A stretch of DNA of 40,000 bases, from the NCBI GenBank assembly GCA_947170225.1, contig CAMVSQ010000006.1, positions 14,404 to 54,403 of the forward strand, given 5' to 3'. Below are positions 23,416-33,249 of the stretch, piece after piece (within the stretch, counting starts at the first letter, position 1; each line of letters begins with the position of its first letter). Position numbers and translations under genes: made by a program. The DNA comes from an uncultured bacterium. GTDB lineage: Bacteria > Patescibacteriota > Gracilibacteria > Absconditabacterales > Absconditicoccaceae. Under the pieces are notes generated by a model. It did not search any database, was not told the origin of the DNA, and saw only the letters and a program-made list of their open reading frames with translations.

Positions 23416-24456
23416 TTATTTCAAGTATTTTTGTTTGTTTGCATTGTGTTCTTGCAATGTTTTTCCATAACGAATAACTCAATTATTATCATGTAAATAA
23501 TAAAGATAATCAGTGTTTTTATAATTTAATACAGCCAAAATAGTTTCTTGCGATGGATTTGCTATTGGCTGTGGCGTCAATCAAGAGTTTGCTCTAGTAT
23601 TGTAAACATTTGATGAATCATTTAAATTTTTTACAATTACATTTGGAGTGCATTCTGCATATGGCTTTTTTAATCCATAACACAAAGTAATATCAGCCCC
23701 CAACAGCATTTTTTTATCCAATCTGTTTACAAAAATTCAAGCTACCGTAGATTTATTTGCATCATTTTTTTCTTCTTTTTCTATAATACTCGCCAAAATT
23801 ACAGTTTCATACCAATCTAATTTTTTGAAAGCAGAAATTTGTGATTCATATTTTTTCCAAACTTTATTATTAAAATTGTCCAACTGCAAATAGACTAATT
23901 GATCTATAATATTTCATTCCATATCCAAAAAATAAGTATCTGGATACAAAAATCATTCCAATATAGCTAAATTACCAGCTTTTGACAAAAATTCGTACCT
24001 ATTTTGATATTTTGAAATATAAGTAGAATTTGACACAAAATCTATATATTCTCATTGGGAAATAAATCATTTTTTTGTCAAATCATCATCTATATCATAC
24101 ACAGACCGTCATTCCAAAACCGTATATTTTTGATAAATACTTTTTGGTCACTGTGAAATTACTTTCAAAAAATCATTTTGAGAATAGTTTCCAGAAAACA
24201 CATAAGATCACTCCTCTATTTTTGAAATATCCAATATTGAATTGCTAGATTTTACACGAAATTTCAATCAAATTTGCTTCAATTTTGGCAAATCTCACAA
24301 AAATTTAGAAAAACTATCTCAACTAACTATCACTACCGTTTTATTTAATTCCACAGATCAAAAGGCATTTTTGAGCATAAAAAAGGCAACAATAAAAATA
24401 ATCAACAACCAACCAAATTTAAAAGATTTCGTTTGATTTTTTTTCTGATAATTCAT
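23416..24456 (-). CDS. mltG: Endolytic murein transglycosylase MltG/YceG (346 aa)
   Basis: N-terminal TM segment, ..LEGFLYPDTYFL.., ..ASIIEKEE.., ..GIFVNRL.., ..NVYNTRANSGLTPQPIANPS.., ..LQEHNANKQKY. Confidence 0.85.
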
Positions 24457-25045
24457 AATCTCTACAAAAATATATAAAATCAATAAATTTAAACATAATG
24501 AAAGCACAAAACATTGCAAATGTATTTAAAAAAAAGTCTCACTCAGAAATCTGAGAAGACTTTAAAATTTCTTGCGTCGCTCCAGCTGTACCCATAGATA
24601 TTATAAAAGATATAGCTGTAGAAACTGGGATGTCCGTGTGTATCAAATGTTTTTTGTCCACCACAACCAAATAACCATTGGTAGGATTTGGTGTGGTCGG
24701 AATAAAAACGGATACAAGATCACTTTTCCCCAAAACTTTTTCAATTGTTTTTGGATGTTCAGAAGTGATAAATCCCACAGAATAAGTATAATTTGTGGGA
24801 AATCTCACCAGCACTGTTTCTCGAAATGAATTTGAATTTTGCAATGTATTGGTCACCTGATGTGTTATTTTAAACAAAGTACTCAACAGTGGCACTTTTA
24901 AAACAAGTGGTTTAAAAAGACTTTTCAATCTTTTCCCCAAATGCTTTTCGTTTATCGCCACACCAATCAACCAGACAAAAAGTACCAACACAACAATACT
25001 CAATATTATGTCAATAGAAAATAATAACAACAAATTTTGTATCAC
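24419..25045 (-). CDS. DUF502 domain protein. The homology-supported part is 24542..25045. A formal table-25 reading runs through UGA at 24539-24541 to TAA at 24419-24421.
   Basis: ..FPTNYTYSVGFITSEH..VSVFIPTTPNPTNGYLVVVDKK..IPVSTAISFIISMGTAGAT... No internal UGA (7 Gly, all GGN). GTG start is uncertain and the N-terminal TM1 seems to be missing. The 40-codon extension overlaps mltG by 38 nt. Confidence 0.6.
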
Positions 25046-25128
25046 AAAAAAGTATTTTGATTTGCTTTTTGTTTAACTATATATATTGAACATATTGATT
25101 GGTAATTTATTTATTATAATATATATAT

Positions 25129-25683
25129 ATGAAAAAATTTGTAAATGTGCTAATAGTCTTAATCCTACTTGTTTGCTCTTTTTATTTATGAAAATCAAAT
25201 TTTTTCTTTGCAAATGATAATGAAAAAGGATTGAATACTGAAGAAACAAAAGAAATATCTTTGCAAGAACAATGGGAAAAATATCAATGAATATGAAGTG
25301 CAATTTTTGTAGGAGGGACAGAAAATACAAATGAATTATGAAAAAAGGTTGTAGATTCCAAATATTCTCCCAAAGAATATCAAAGAGCCTTGTTTAAAAA
25401 TCAAAGTTTGTATTTCCATTTTGTTGGATGAGAAATCGTAGAAAATTCACAGATTTCATTGTATGTCTATACTTGAACAGTAAACATTACATTTGAAAAT
25501 TTAGATAATCCAGAATTTGTGAAAACAATTTCGTTTCCTGCTTCTATGGATAATAAAAAAGAAAAATTTAGTTTTAGGGATTATGAAATGCTTGGTGTAG
25601 ATCAAGATATTCATACCATGAAAATCTGGACAGATAGTGATTTAGCAATTTTGGACTACGAGATAAAGATATTGGAAAAATAA
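25129..25683 (+). CDS. Hypothetical secreted protein (184 aa)
   Basis: MKKFVNVLIVLILLVCSFYLG signal-like N-terminus. ATG..TAA, 555 nt, stop-free under table 25. Confidence 0.55.
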
Positions 25684-25721
25684 ATTTTATGTAGATTATT
25701 TGATAAATTTATGCACAAAAC

Positions 25722-25752
25722 CTGATTATAAAGTCAGATTTTTGTTTTTTTT
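25722..25752 (+). terminator. Putative intrinsic terminator
   Basis: CTGATT ataa AGTCAG (one G:U pair) followed by ATTTTTGTTTTTTTT. Confidence 0.45.
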
Positions 25753-25924
25753 GATAGAATTGAGCAGAATATGATAATAATGTAAAAAGATATAGTAATT
25801 CTTGATTTACTTTGAATTAAATATAGCAAAGTTCCAAAAAGATTACTAAAAACTATTAAATGACTAAAATAGTAAATTACTAAAAAGTCAGATTATATTC
25901 AAAAAATATTTCATACAATGGAAT

Positions 25925-26884
25925 TTACCGATTTTCATATCTTCTTTGTTGGTCAATTTCTGCTATTTTTTCCATATCTTCATCAGATAATTCAAAATCA
26001 AAGATATTATAATTTTCTGCGATATGGTCTGGATTACCCGAACCAGGAATAGCTATATATCATGCCTGTAAATGCCATCTCAAAATGATTTGTGCTGAAG
26101 TTTTGTTGTATTTTTCGGCTAATTCCTTGATTACTTCATTATTAAAATTTTCTGAAGTATTTCATCTTCGACCAAATGGATACCAGCTTTCTATAAATAT
26201 TCCATACTGTTTCACATAATCTTGTAAATCAGTATTTTGATAGTAAATGTGATTTTCATTCTGAATTACAGCTGGTTGGATTTCTGCATAACTCAATACT
26301 TCGTCCACAGCTTCTTTTGTATAGTAATTTGAGATTCAGATTGATTTTAATTTTCACTGTTTGTAATATTCTTCCATTGTTTGATAAAGTCATTTATCAT
26401 CAAATCAAGGCTGATGGATAAGAAGTAAATCTATATAATCAATATTCAAATTGTTCAACGACTTTTCAATTGCTGCTACATGGTCTGATGAAGCATAAAT
26501 TTTGGAAGTAACGAAAACATCTTCTCTCTTTATCAATCAATCCTCAATAGCTTTTCTTACTCACTTTCAAACTCACACTTCATTTCAGTAATATTGAGCC
26601 GTATCTATCAATCTGTATCAATCCTTGATGGCTTCATATACAGCTTTTTCTGCTTCTTCATTTGATAAAGTCCATGTTCAAAGTCAGAGACTTGGCATTG
26701 TTATTCAATTATTTAGCATTTTATCTGCTACGAAATATTCTTGAGAATTATTCATTTCTTGGATGTTAGTTGGTAAATTGATTTGTTCTACTATTTCTGG
26801 ATATTGGAAATAAAGCACAACAATTATTCATAAAAGCAAAATAATTCATAGTAGAATTATTCAAAATCATTTTAGAAATTTCAT
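25925..26884 (-). CDS. Aldo/keto reductase with N-terminal membrane anchor (319 aa)
   Basis: ..MPSLGLGTW.., ..GYRLIDTAQYYGNE.., ..LLLIHQP.., ..[39 protein letters not shown]... Confidence 0.85.
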
Positions 26885-26902
26885 TATCTGAAAAAGTATA
26901 AA

Positions 26903-27319
26903 TTATAAAGCATTATATTCTTCGTCACTCACCTCTTCACATCGTTCATTAGATATATTTTCTCATGGGACTTCTACCGCAATATGCGAAAATCGTGAAT
27001 CTTTTTGGGCTCAATGTCGATGTTTTACATTCGCTGGAATTACTACTACATCTCATGGATTCAGACTTCTAGCCTTTTTTCACTGTTCTTAATACCATCC
27101 AGATCCATCTACACAAATTAAAATCTGACCTCCTCAATTACTAGCATGGTGAATATGTCGATTATTTCTGCATCATGGTTCAAATGTGACATTACATAGA
27201 AATACTGGAGATTCTCATGGTTTAGTAAGTGGATTGAGATATGATTGTCATCTAAAATATTGTGCATAAGCATCGTTTGGCTGTCATAGTCCAAAAATTC
27301 ATCAGTGATTTTCTGTCAT
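26903..27319 (-). pseudogene. Cupin-domain protein gene interrupted by an in-frame TAA (27089-27091)
   Basis: ..HIHHASNGGGQILICVDGSGWY[TAA]EQGKKARSLNPGDVVVIPANVKH[CGA]HGAQKDSRFSHIAVEVPGE... The stop replaces the residue before E in the conserved GWYQE motif. Confidence 0.6.
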
Positions 27320-27345
27320 AGTTATTATTTTAAGAGTTAAAAAAA

Positions 27346-28209
27346 CTATTTTCACTCTTTTACTGGAGCATATCCGTAATATCTCTTATATTCTCTGCTA
27401 AATTGAGATTGAGAATTGTATCAAACCTCATTTGCAGCTTGTTTTACACTGTAATTTGTATTTATCAATAAATTCTTCGCTTTACTCAGGCGGAGATTTT
27501 TGATATATTGATTTGGAGAGAACCCAGTTATTGCTTTAAATTGACGATAAAAAGTCGGTATAGATATATCCATATTCTGAGCTAATCATTCAATAGAGAT
27601 ATCAGATTTATAATTTTTATTGATATCTTCTATCATAGTTTCAAACGGTCAGAAATTCTTGTTATTCAAAACTAAATCACAGAAACTTTTGGCATCAGAT
27701 TCCTGAATTGCATAAAACATAATCTCTTTGATGATAGCTGGTCAAAGAACTTTCGCTTCATCGGGATCTTGGCTACATTCAAGTAAACGATATACAGCAT
27801 TATAAATCTTTTCACTAATATCCAATGATAAAATTCATGGTTCTAAATTATGCTTTTTCTTGGTAGGTTTATGTGAATCTTTCATCTGTTTAATCAGGTC
27901 ATAGAGATCATTTTTGTTTATATCGATATGAATTCATGCAAAAATATCTTTTCATTCAGTATCAGCTTCACAAACCACAGAAGTCGGAATAGAAACCAGG
28001 AGAAATTTTCATTCTCAGTATTTATAAGTATGACTGTCTAGAGAAATTGTCTTGGATCAGGAAGTAATAAAAATCATACTTGGCTGATAAAGGATAGGCT
28101 CAGATTTCTGAGGTTGAGTATTTTTGAATGTAAAAACTCATGGAATATCCAAGTGTTTTATTCCATCTCATGGTTGGATTTCTATGATTTTTTGAGTTAA
28201 TTTATCCAT
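27346..28209 (-). CDS. AraC family transcriptional regulator (287 aa)
   Basis: C-terminal HTH_18-type region ..SIEGLAQNMDISIPTFYRQFKAITGFSPNQYIKNLRLSKAKNLL..VGYNSQSQFSREYKRYYG.., with an AraC N-terminal-type sensor half. Confidence 0.85.
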
Positions 28210-28240
28210 GATTTGTAATTCTTAGAATAAAATGTAATTT

Positions 28241-28329
28241 AAAATTCTCACCCCTTCGGGGAGGTCCTTTAAAAAGGAGCAAAATCTTTCCCTCTTTTTA
28301 AAGAGGGTGGCCGAAGGCCGGGAGATTTT
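28241..28329. other. GC-rich element with four consecutive hairpins closed by an outer stem (candidate structured RNA or palindromic remnant)
   Basis: Hairpins CCCC-TTC-GGGG (28251-28261), TCCTTT-AA-AAAGGA (28265-28278), CCCTCTTT-TT-AAAGAGGG (28290-28307), GGCC-GAA-GGCC (28309-28319). Outer AAAATTCTC / GAGATTTT pairing. Confidence 0.5.
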
Positions 28330-28406
28330 ATTTTTTTATACGAAAATAAAAATACATGATAAATTTATATATAAAATATAATACAAAAATCAACATTTTA
28401 TATCAA

Positions 28407-28441
28407 TTTGATAATTTTGTGCATAATTTGATAAAAATAGG
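28407..28441 (+). promoter_or_regulatory. Direct repeats TTTGATA-N4-T(G/A)(T/G)G, 20 bp apart (candidate AraC-type operator) upstream of the hydrolase gene
   Basis: tttgataATTTtgtg (28407-) and tttgataAAAAtagg (28427-28441). TATAAT at 28469-28474, ATG at 28509. Confidence 0.45.
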
Positions 28442-28508
28442 TATAGATTTTTTTTAATTTGTGAGTAATATAATATCATCAAAGTTTTATTTAATAAATT
28501 AAAACCTT

Positions 28509-29492
28509 ATGCAAAACCTCAATTTAACACAAGAATGGGATAAAACTTTCCCAAAATCTGACAAAGTAAATCATAGAAAAGTTACATTTCACAATAGATT
28601 CTGAATTATTCTAGCTGCTGATTTGTACGAGCCAAAAGATGCTCAATGAAAACTACCAGCAATCGCAGTGAGCGGACCATTTGGAGCAGTAAAAGAGCAA
28701 TGTAGTGGACTTTATGCACAAATAATGGCAGAAAGATGATTTCTTACTATTGCATTTGATCCATCTTATACATGAGAATCTGGAGGAGAACCAAGATATG
28801 TCGCATCTCCTGATATCAATACTGAAGATTTTCAGGCTGCTGTAGATTTTCTATCAGTTCAAGATAATGTGGATCCAGAAAAGATAGGAATAATCTGAAT
28901 TTGTGGACGAGGTTGATTAGCTCTGAATGTGGCTAGTATAGATACTAGAATCAAGGCTACAGTTTGTATGACCATGTACAATATGTCTAGGGTTAATCAT
29001 AACGGATACTTTGATGCAACTTCAGAGGATGATTTATATGAATTGAAAAAAAATCTGAATGCTCAGAGAATAGAAGATTATAAAGCTTGAGAAGCAAAAC
29101 TGTGATGATGAGTAGTTGATCCACTTCCAGACGATGCTCCATTCTTTGTAAAAGATTATTATGATTATTACAAAACTCCTCGTGGATATCATCCAAGAAG
29201 TCTCAATTCAAATGGATGATGGAATATGACTTCTTCGTTATCATTTATCAATACTCCACAGCATACATTTAGCAAAGAAATCAGAAATGCAGTACTTATC
29301 ATTCACTGAGAAAAGGCTCATTCATGCTATTTCTCAAAAGATGCTTATGCTGATATGACTAAAGACTGAAAATATAATGATAATAAAGAATTGATGATAA
29401 TTCCAGATGCGGTTCATACAGACCTTTATGATAATCTGAATGTTATTCCTTTTGATAAGATTGAAAGTTTTATGAGAGAATATTTGAAATAA
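28509..29492 (+). CDS. Alpha/beta hydrolase (327 aa)
   Basis: MQNLNLTQEWDKTFPKSDKVNH..AVSGPFGAVKEQCSGLYAQIMAERGF..FDPSYTGESGGEPR..GIIGICG[CGA]GGLALN... 984 nt in frame. Confidence 0.8.
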
Positions 29493-29511
29493 TGTGAAAT
29501 AAAATAAAAAA

Positions 29512-29541
29512 AGCTGACTTCAAATGAAGTTGGCTTTTTTA
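29512..29541. terminator. Bidirectional terminator between the convergent hydrolase and R-M genes
   Basis: AGCTGACTTCA aa TGAAGTTGGCT stem (two G:U pairs), flanked by an A-run and a T-run. Confidence 0.65.
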
Positions 29542-32031
29542 TATTCTATCTCAATATGGTAAATTTTTGATATAGTTTTCCATAAATTCTCGATCCGGAA
29601 TATATCATTCATCGCTAAATTCTTTATTCTTATCAATAATTGGACTTCAATTAATATCTCTTACAATTGGTAACTTTATAATCATATTCTTTGATTCATC
29701 AGAATATACAGCCCTTCAATATGACCATTTAAATTGTTCTTTATTAATAATTGTTGAGATAAATAATCATATAAAATTATTTAATCTAAATTTTGGATTT
29801 AAAATATTAACCCTTCAATGGCTCACTGAGTAAAAATCTTCATGCTGATAAAATACATTACAAAACATATCAAGCGTTATTCTGTTGCCACCAAATATTT
29901 TTGCCTTTCAATCTCATTTTTCTGTTATATATCAAACAACTCAATTCGTTGTTTCTCATGATGATATTAAAGGAATATTTCATTCATCTACTTCATCCAA
30001 TTTAATATCTCACTTTGACAATTGAACATCGAATAATTTTTCAATCATAAATTCTTTTCGTTGATTAACATTAAAGTTCATTTGTTTTTTTCAACAATCA
30101 GAAGTATATTTATAAAAATAACTCCATTTTCATGCCCATGCTAAATATGATAAATAATTATTTCTTACTCTTAGAAAATCATATTCCGTTAATTTTGAAT
30201 AATCTGTTTTCATATATGCTTCACATAACCATTCATCATCTCAATTAACAATAGCTGTAGCACTTAATCAATCTATAATTTTATGGTTTTTAAAACAAGA
30301 CAACCAATTATCTCTTATTTTAATCCATATACTATTATCTTCAGAATCAAATTGTTCTACTCTTCATAAATTTTTCTTTTTCTTAAATCAATCTTCTTTG
30401 TAATATCAAAAAAAAGTTTCTTTATCTTTAGAATGAGGTTTTCACAGCGTAAAAAGCATACAACACGCTGTCACAGATGCTCAAGGATAAAAAACTTCAT
30501 CAGGTAAAGTAAAAACGGCTTCTAATGTATTTTCTTCCAACATTTTTTTCTTTTCTTCGACCATAGAATTATCCGTTCATATAGCAGCAGAAACTGGCAA
30601 TAATACGGCTAATTTTACTAATTTATGAGGCTTTCATTCTTTTTCATTTTTTTGGTTCAAATCTTTTATTACATCAGAAAGATACCTTATAAAAACTAAT
30701 CATTTTGTTGGATCTTCTTTTTTATCGTTTCAATCTTTGTCTTTTTTCCAATTAGTTTTATATTCCTTAGGTATTGTTATAGGTTTTGCATTATAAGGTG
30801 GGTTCATAAGTATAACATCAGGACAGGCTTTTTGGATAAAATCTTTACAATCAAAACAACTAGCAAATTTAATATTACTATTTCAATCCCCATGAATTAG
30901 CATATTAGTTGTAGATAATCAATAAGCTTTTTCTTCTACTTCTATTCAAAAAATATGTTTTTGTTTTACTATTTTCATTAATTCTTTTGCTTCATTTTCA
31001 GTCGTTCTTCTACGACAATCTGCCAACTCTTTTACCATTGCTTGAACTAAAAATGAACCACTTCCACAAGTCGCATCTAAAACAACTTTTGTTCTATCAA
31101 CTTCTGTTAATCTTGCCATAAAATCTGTAATATGGTCTGGTGTGAATGCTTGATTTTTATCAGCTTTCCCTGTATATTTATTGAATGCTATGAAAAATAA
31201 GTTTAGTATATCTTGTCATTCCGAAGAATCGTCATTTATATTTTTATAGATTTCCATTAAAATAAAATCTAAAACATTAATTCGTGAATCAATACTTAAT
31301 TTTTTTACTTTTTGGTCTTCTAAAATATTTTTCTGTAAAAGTTTAATTTTAATCTCTTTGTTTTCTGAACCATCTAATAATTGATTTAATGTTTCTCTTA
31401 TTGATTGAATTATTCAATTTGTTCAAATTGCTCTCCAATAATCATTAAATTTATTAACAAGGAACTCAGTTATATATTGTGTATGTTCTTTATTTACTAA
31501 ATCTTTCAGATATAATAATGCTGTTCCAATAAATTGACTACGAGTTTTTTCATCAATATCAACTTTGTGTAATATTTCATTTAATTTGTATGTATTTTTC
31601 ATTACAGCTTCTTTATCATTTTGTTTTTTTACATTAAAAAGTTTTCTGTAATGGTCCATTGAATCTAAAACTGTTTCTTCTGGAAGAAAATTTTTATCAC
31701 TTATTTCATCCATCCAAACATTTATTTTATCATTGCTTGTATTTGCAAGAATTGCGATTATTTTTTTATTTGGATTTAATATTTTTTCTTCTAAAAGATA
31801 TTCTGCTAGTTGTTCTCTATCAGAATCTACAAATTTTGTTTTAGTTTCTATTAAGACAGCTATTTCATTATCTTCAAATCTTAAATCTAGTTTGTAATGA
31901 CTAACTTTTCATACCTTTTTTTCTAGAATTTCTTTTGATCAAAAAGCTTGAACATAACTATATTCACCATTTTCAATATTGGCTGTTAAATATTTTTTTC
32001 AAACTCTTTCAATCATAGAAAATCTTTCCAT
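29539..32031 (-). CDS. Single-chain restriction-modification enzyme candidate (830 aa): N-terminal PD-(D/E)xK-like region, gamma-type N6-adenine DNA methyltransferase, one C-terminal HsdS-like target-recognition domain
   Basis: ..KLDLRFEDNEIAVLIETKTKF.. (D..ExK), FTPDHITDFM, VLDATCGSGSFL (motif I), LMNPPYNA (NPPY at 30793-30804), C-terminal ..Q[CGA]KEFMIEKLFDVQLSKGD..NIPLISSGETTNGVVGY... In frame with ORF 31423..31713. Confidence 0.75.
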
Positions 32032-32040
32032 TTTGAAAAA

Positions 32041-32067
32041 ATAGCTGGTTAAAAGTTTTACCTAGCT
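32041..32067 (-). terminator. Hairpin plus U-tract (minus strand), 10 nt upstream of the R-M start codon
   Basis: TAGCTGG..TAAAA / TTTTA..CCTAGCTA near-perfect hairpin. On the minus strand it is followed by TTTTTTCAAAATG. Confidence 0.4.
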
Positions 32068-32116
32068 ATCATAAGAGCCTCTAGAAGAGGAGGACGACTT
32101 ACGACACCTTCGGGTT

Positions 32117-32219
32117 CGCCAAAACCAGAACAATCTTTCCATAAGAGGACATCTTGCTTGAAGACATCGCAAGTACATCCTCTTTTTCTTATGAAAAAAT
32201 ATGTTCATTCTGGTTTTGG
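32117..32219. other. About 100-nt GC-rich extended imperfect hairpin (candidate ncRNA or MITE-like element)
   Basis: 13-bp outer stem GCCAAAACCAGAA (32117-32129) / TTCTGGTTTTGGC (32207-32219). Inner CATAAGAGGA / TCCTC..TTATG and CTTGC / GCAAG pairings. Preceded by CCTCT-aga-AGAGG and ACC-UUCG-GGU hairpins (32087-32114). Confidence 0.5.
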
Positions 32220-32273
32220 CTCTTTCCTTATATCAATATTTTCTTAAAAATCAAGCAAGTCAGAAAAAATCAT

Positions 32274-32308
32274 TTTTGATAAGATTAGGCAAAATTTGAT
32301 ATTTTTAG
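32274..32308 (+). promoter_or_regulatory. Direct repeats TTTGATA-N4-TAGG, 20 bp apart (candidate AraC-type operator) upstream of the AKR-flavodoxin-DUF4405 genes
   Basis: tttgataAGATtagg (32274-32288) and tttgataTTTTtagg (32294-32308). About the same distance (~70 nt) to the ATG as at 28427-28441. Confidence 0.45.
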
Positions 32309-32377
32309 GTATTGCTTTTTTATGTTTAGTTCTTATTTTTTAATCAGACTTATTTTTATTTTGATAATTTTATGATT

Positions 32378-33226
32378 ATGGAACAATTACGATTTACACT
32401 TAATAATGGAAATAAAATTCCAGCAATCTGACTTTGAACTTTTATGATTTCTCCTGCTGATGCAGAAGTTGCTGTCCAGTCAGCTTTAAAAGACTGATAC
32501 AGATTGATAGATACAGCAAATGCTTATGTAAATGAAAGAGCTGTCTGAAGATGAATTAAAAATTCAGGAGTAGCTAGAGAAGATATTTTTGTTTCTACAA
32601 AACTTTGGATTACTGAATATGAAAATCCTAATGCTGTTGATGAAACATTGGAAAGATTAGGATTAGACTATGTAGATCTTTTGTTTATTCATCAGCCAGG
32701 ATGAAATTATATGGCATGATACAGACAATTGGAAAAAGCTTATAAAGAATGAAAGGCAAAAGCAATCTGAATCTCAAACTTTGAATGAAAATATATCGAA
32801 GAAATTCTTGCTAATTGTGAGATTAAGCCACAAGTTATTCAGGTAGAGGCTCATCCATATTTTACACAAGATGAACTTAGAAAAACACTTGATGAACACG
32901 ATATTAAATTGATGAGTTGGTATCCATTATGACATGGAGATTCAAATCTTATCAATGAACCAGTTTTCAAAGAGCTTTGAGAAAAATATAATAAAACTTC
33001 TGCTCAAATTATTCTGAGGTGGCATATCCAGATGTGATTTATAGTAATCCCATGATCTAAAAATCCTGACCATATCAGAGATAATTTTGATTTGTTTGAT
33101 TTTGAATTAACTGATGAAGATATGGAAAAAATAGCAGAAATTAATAAAAATGAAAGATATTATCATAGATCAGATGAACAACTTGAGCAATTTGCAACTT
33201 GGCATCCAAACTATGAAGTTAAATAA
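32378..33226 (+). CDS. Aldo/keto reductase (282 aa; alternative ATG at 32372)
   Basis: ..LNNGNKIPAIGLGTF (both Gly of GLG are UGA, 32429-32437), ..GYRLIDTANAYVNE.., ..LLFIHQP.., ..IILRWHIQMGFIVIPGSKNPDHIRDNFDLFDFELTDEDM... Confidence 0.9.
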
Positions 33227-33249
33227 TTTTATATCCTACAATTTTACAA

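Noticed and set aside
28241-28329. SRP (4.5S) RNA, because of AGGTCC..GGAGCA resembling the helix-8 motif
   Set aside because: There is no GNRA/GGAA tetraloop closing a helix-8-like stem. The element lacks the symmetric and asymmetric loop arrangement and is too short and differently branched.
32090-32260. Small ORFs through the GC-rich region (48-aa minus-strand MNIFFHKKKRMYL..; plus-strand TTG- or ATG-initiated peptides after AAGAGGA)
   Set aside because: Their composition is Cys/Arg/Ser-rich with three CGA codons in 48 codons, far above the window norm. They coincide with extensive base-pairing, so structured non-coding sequence explains them better.
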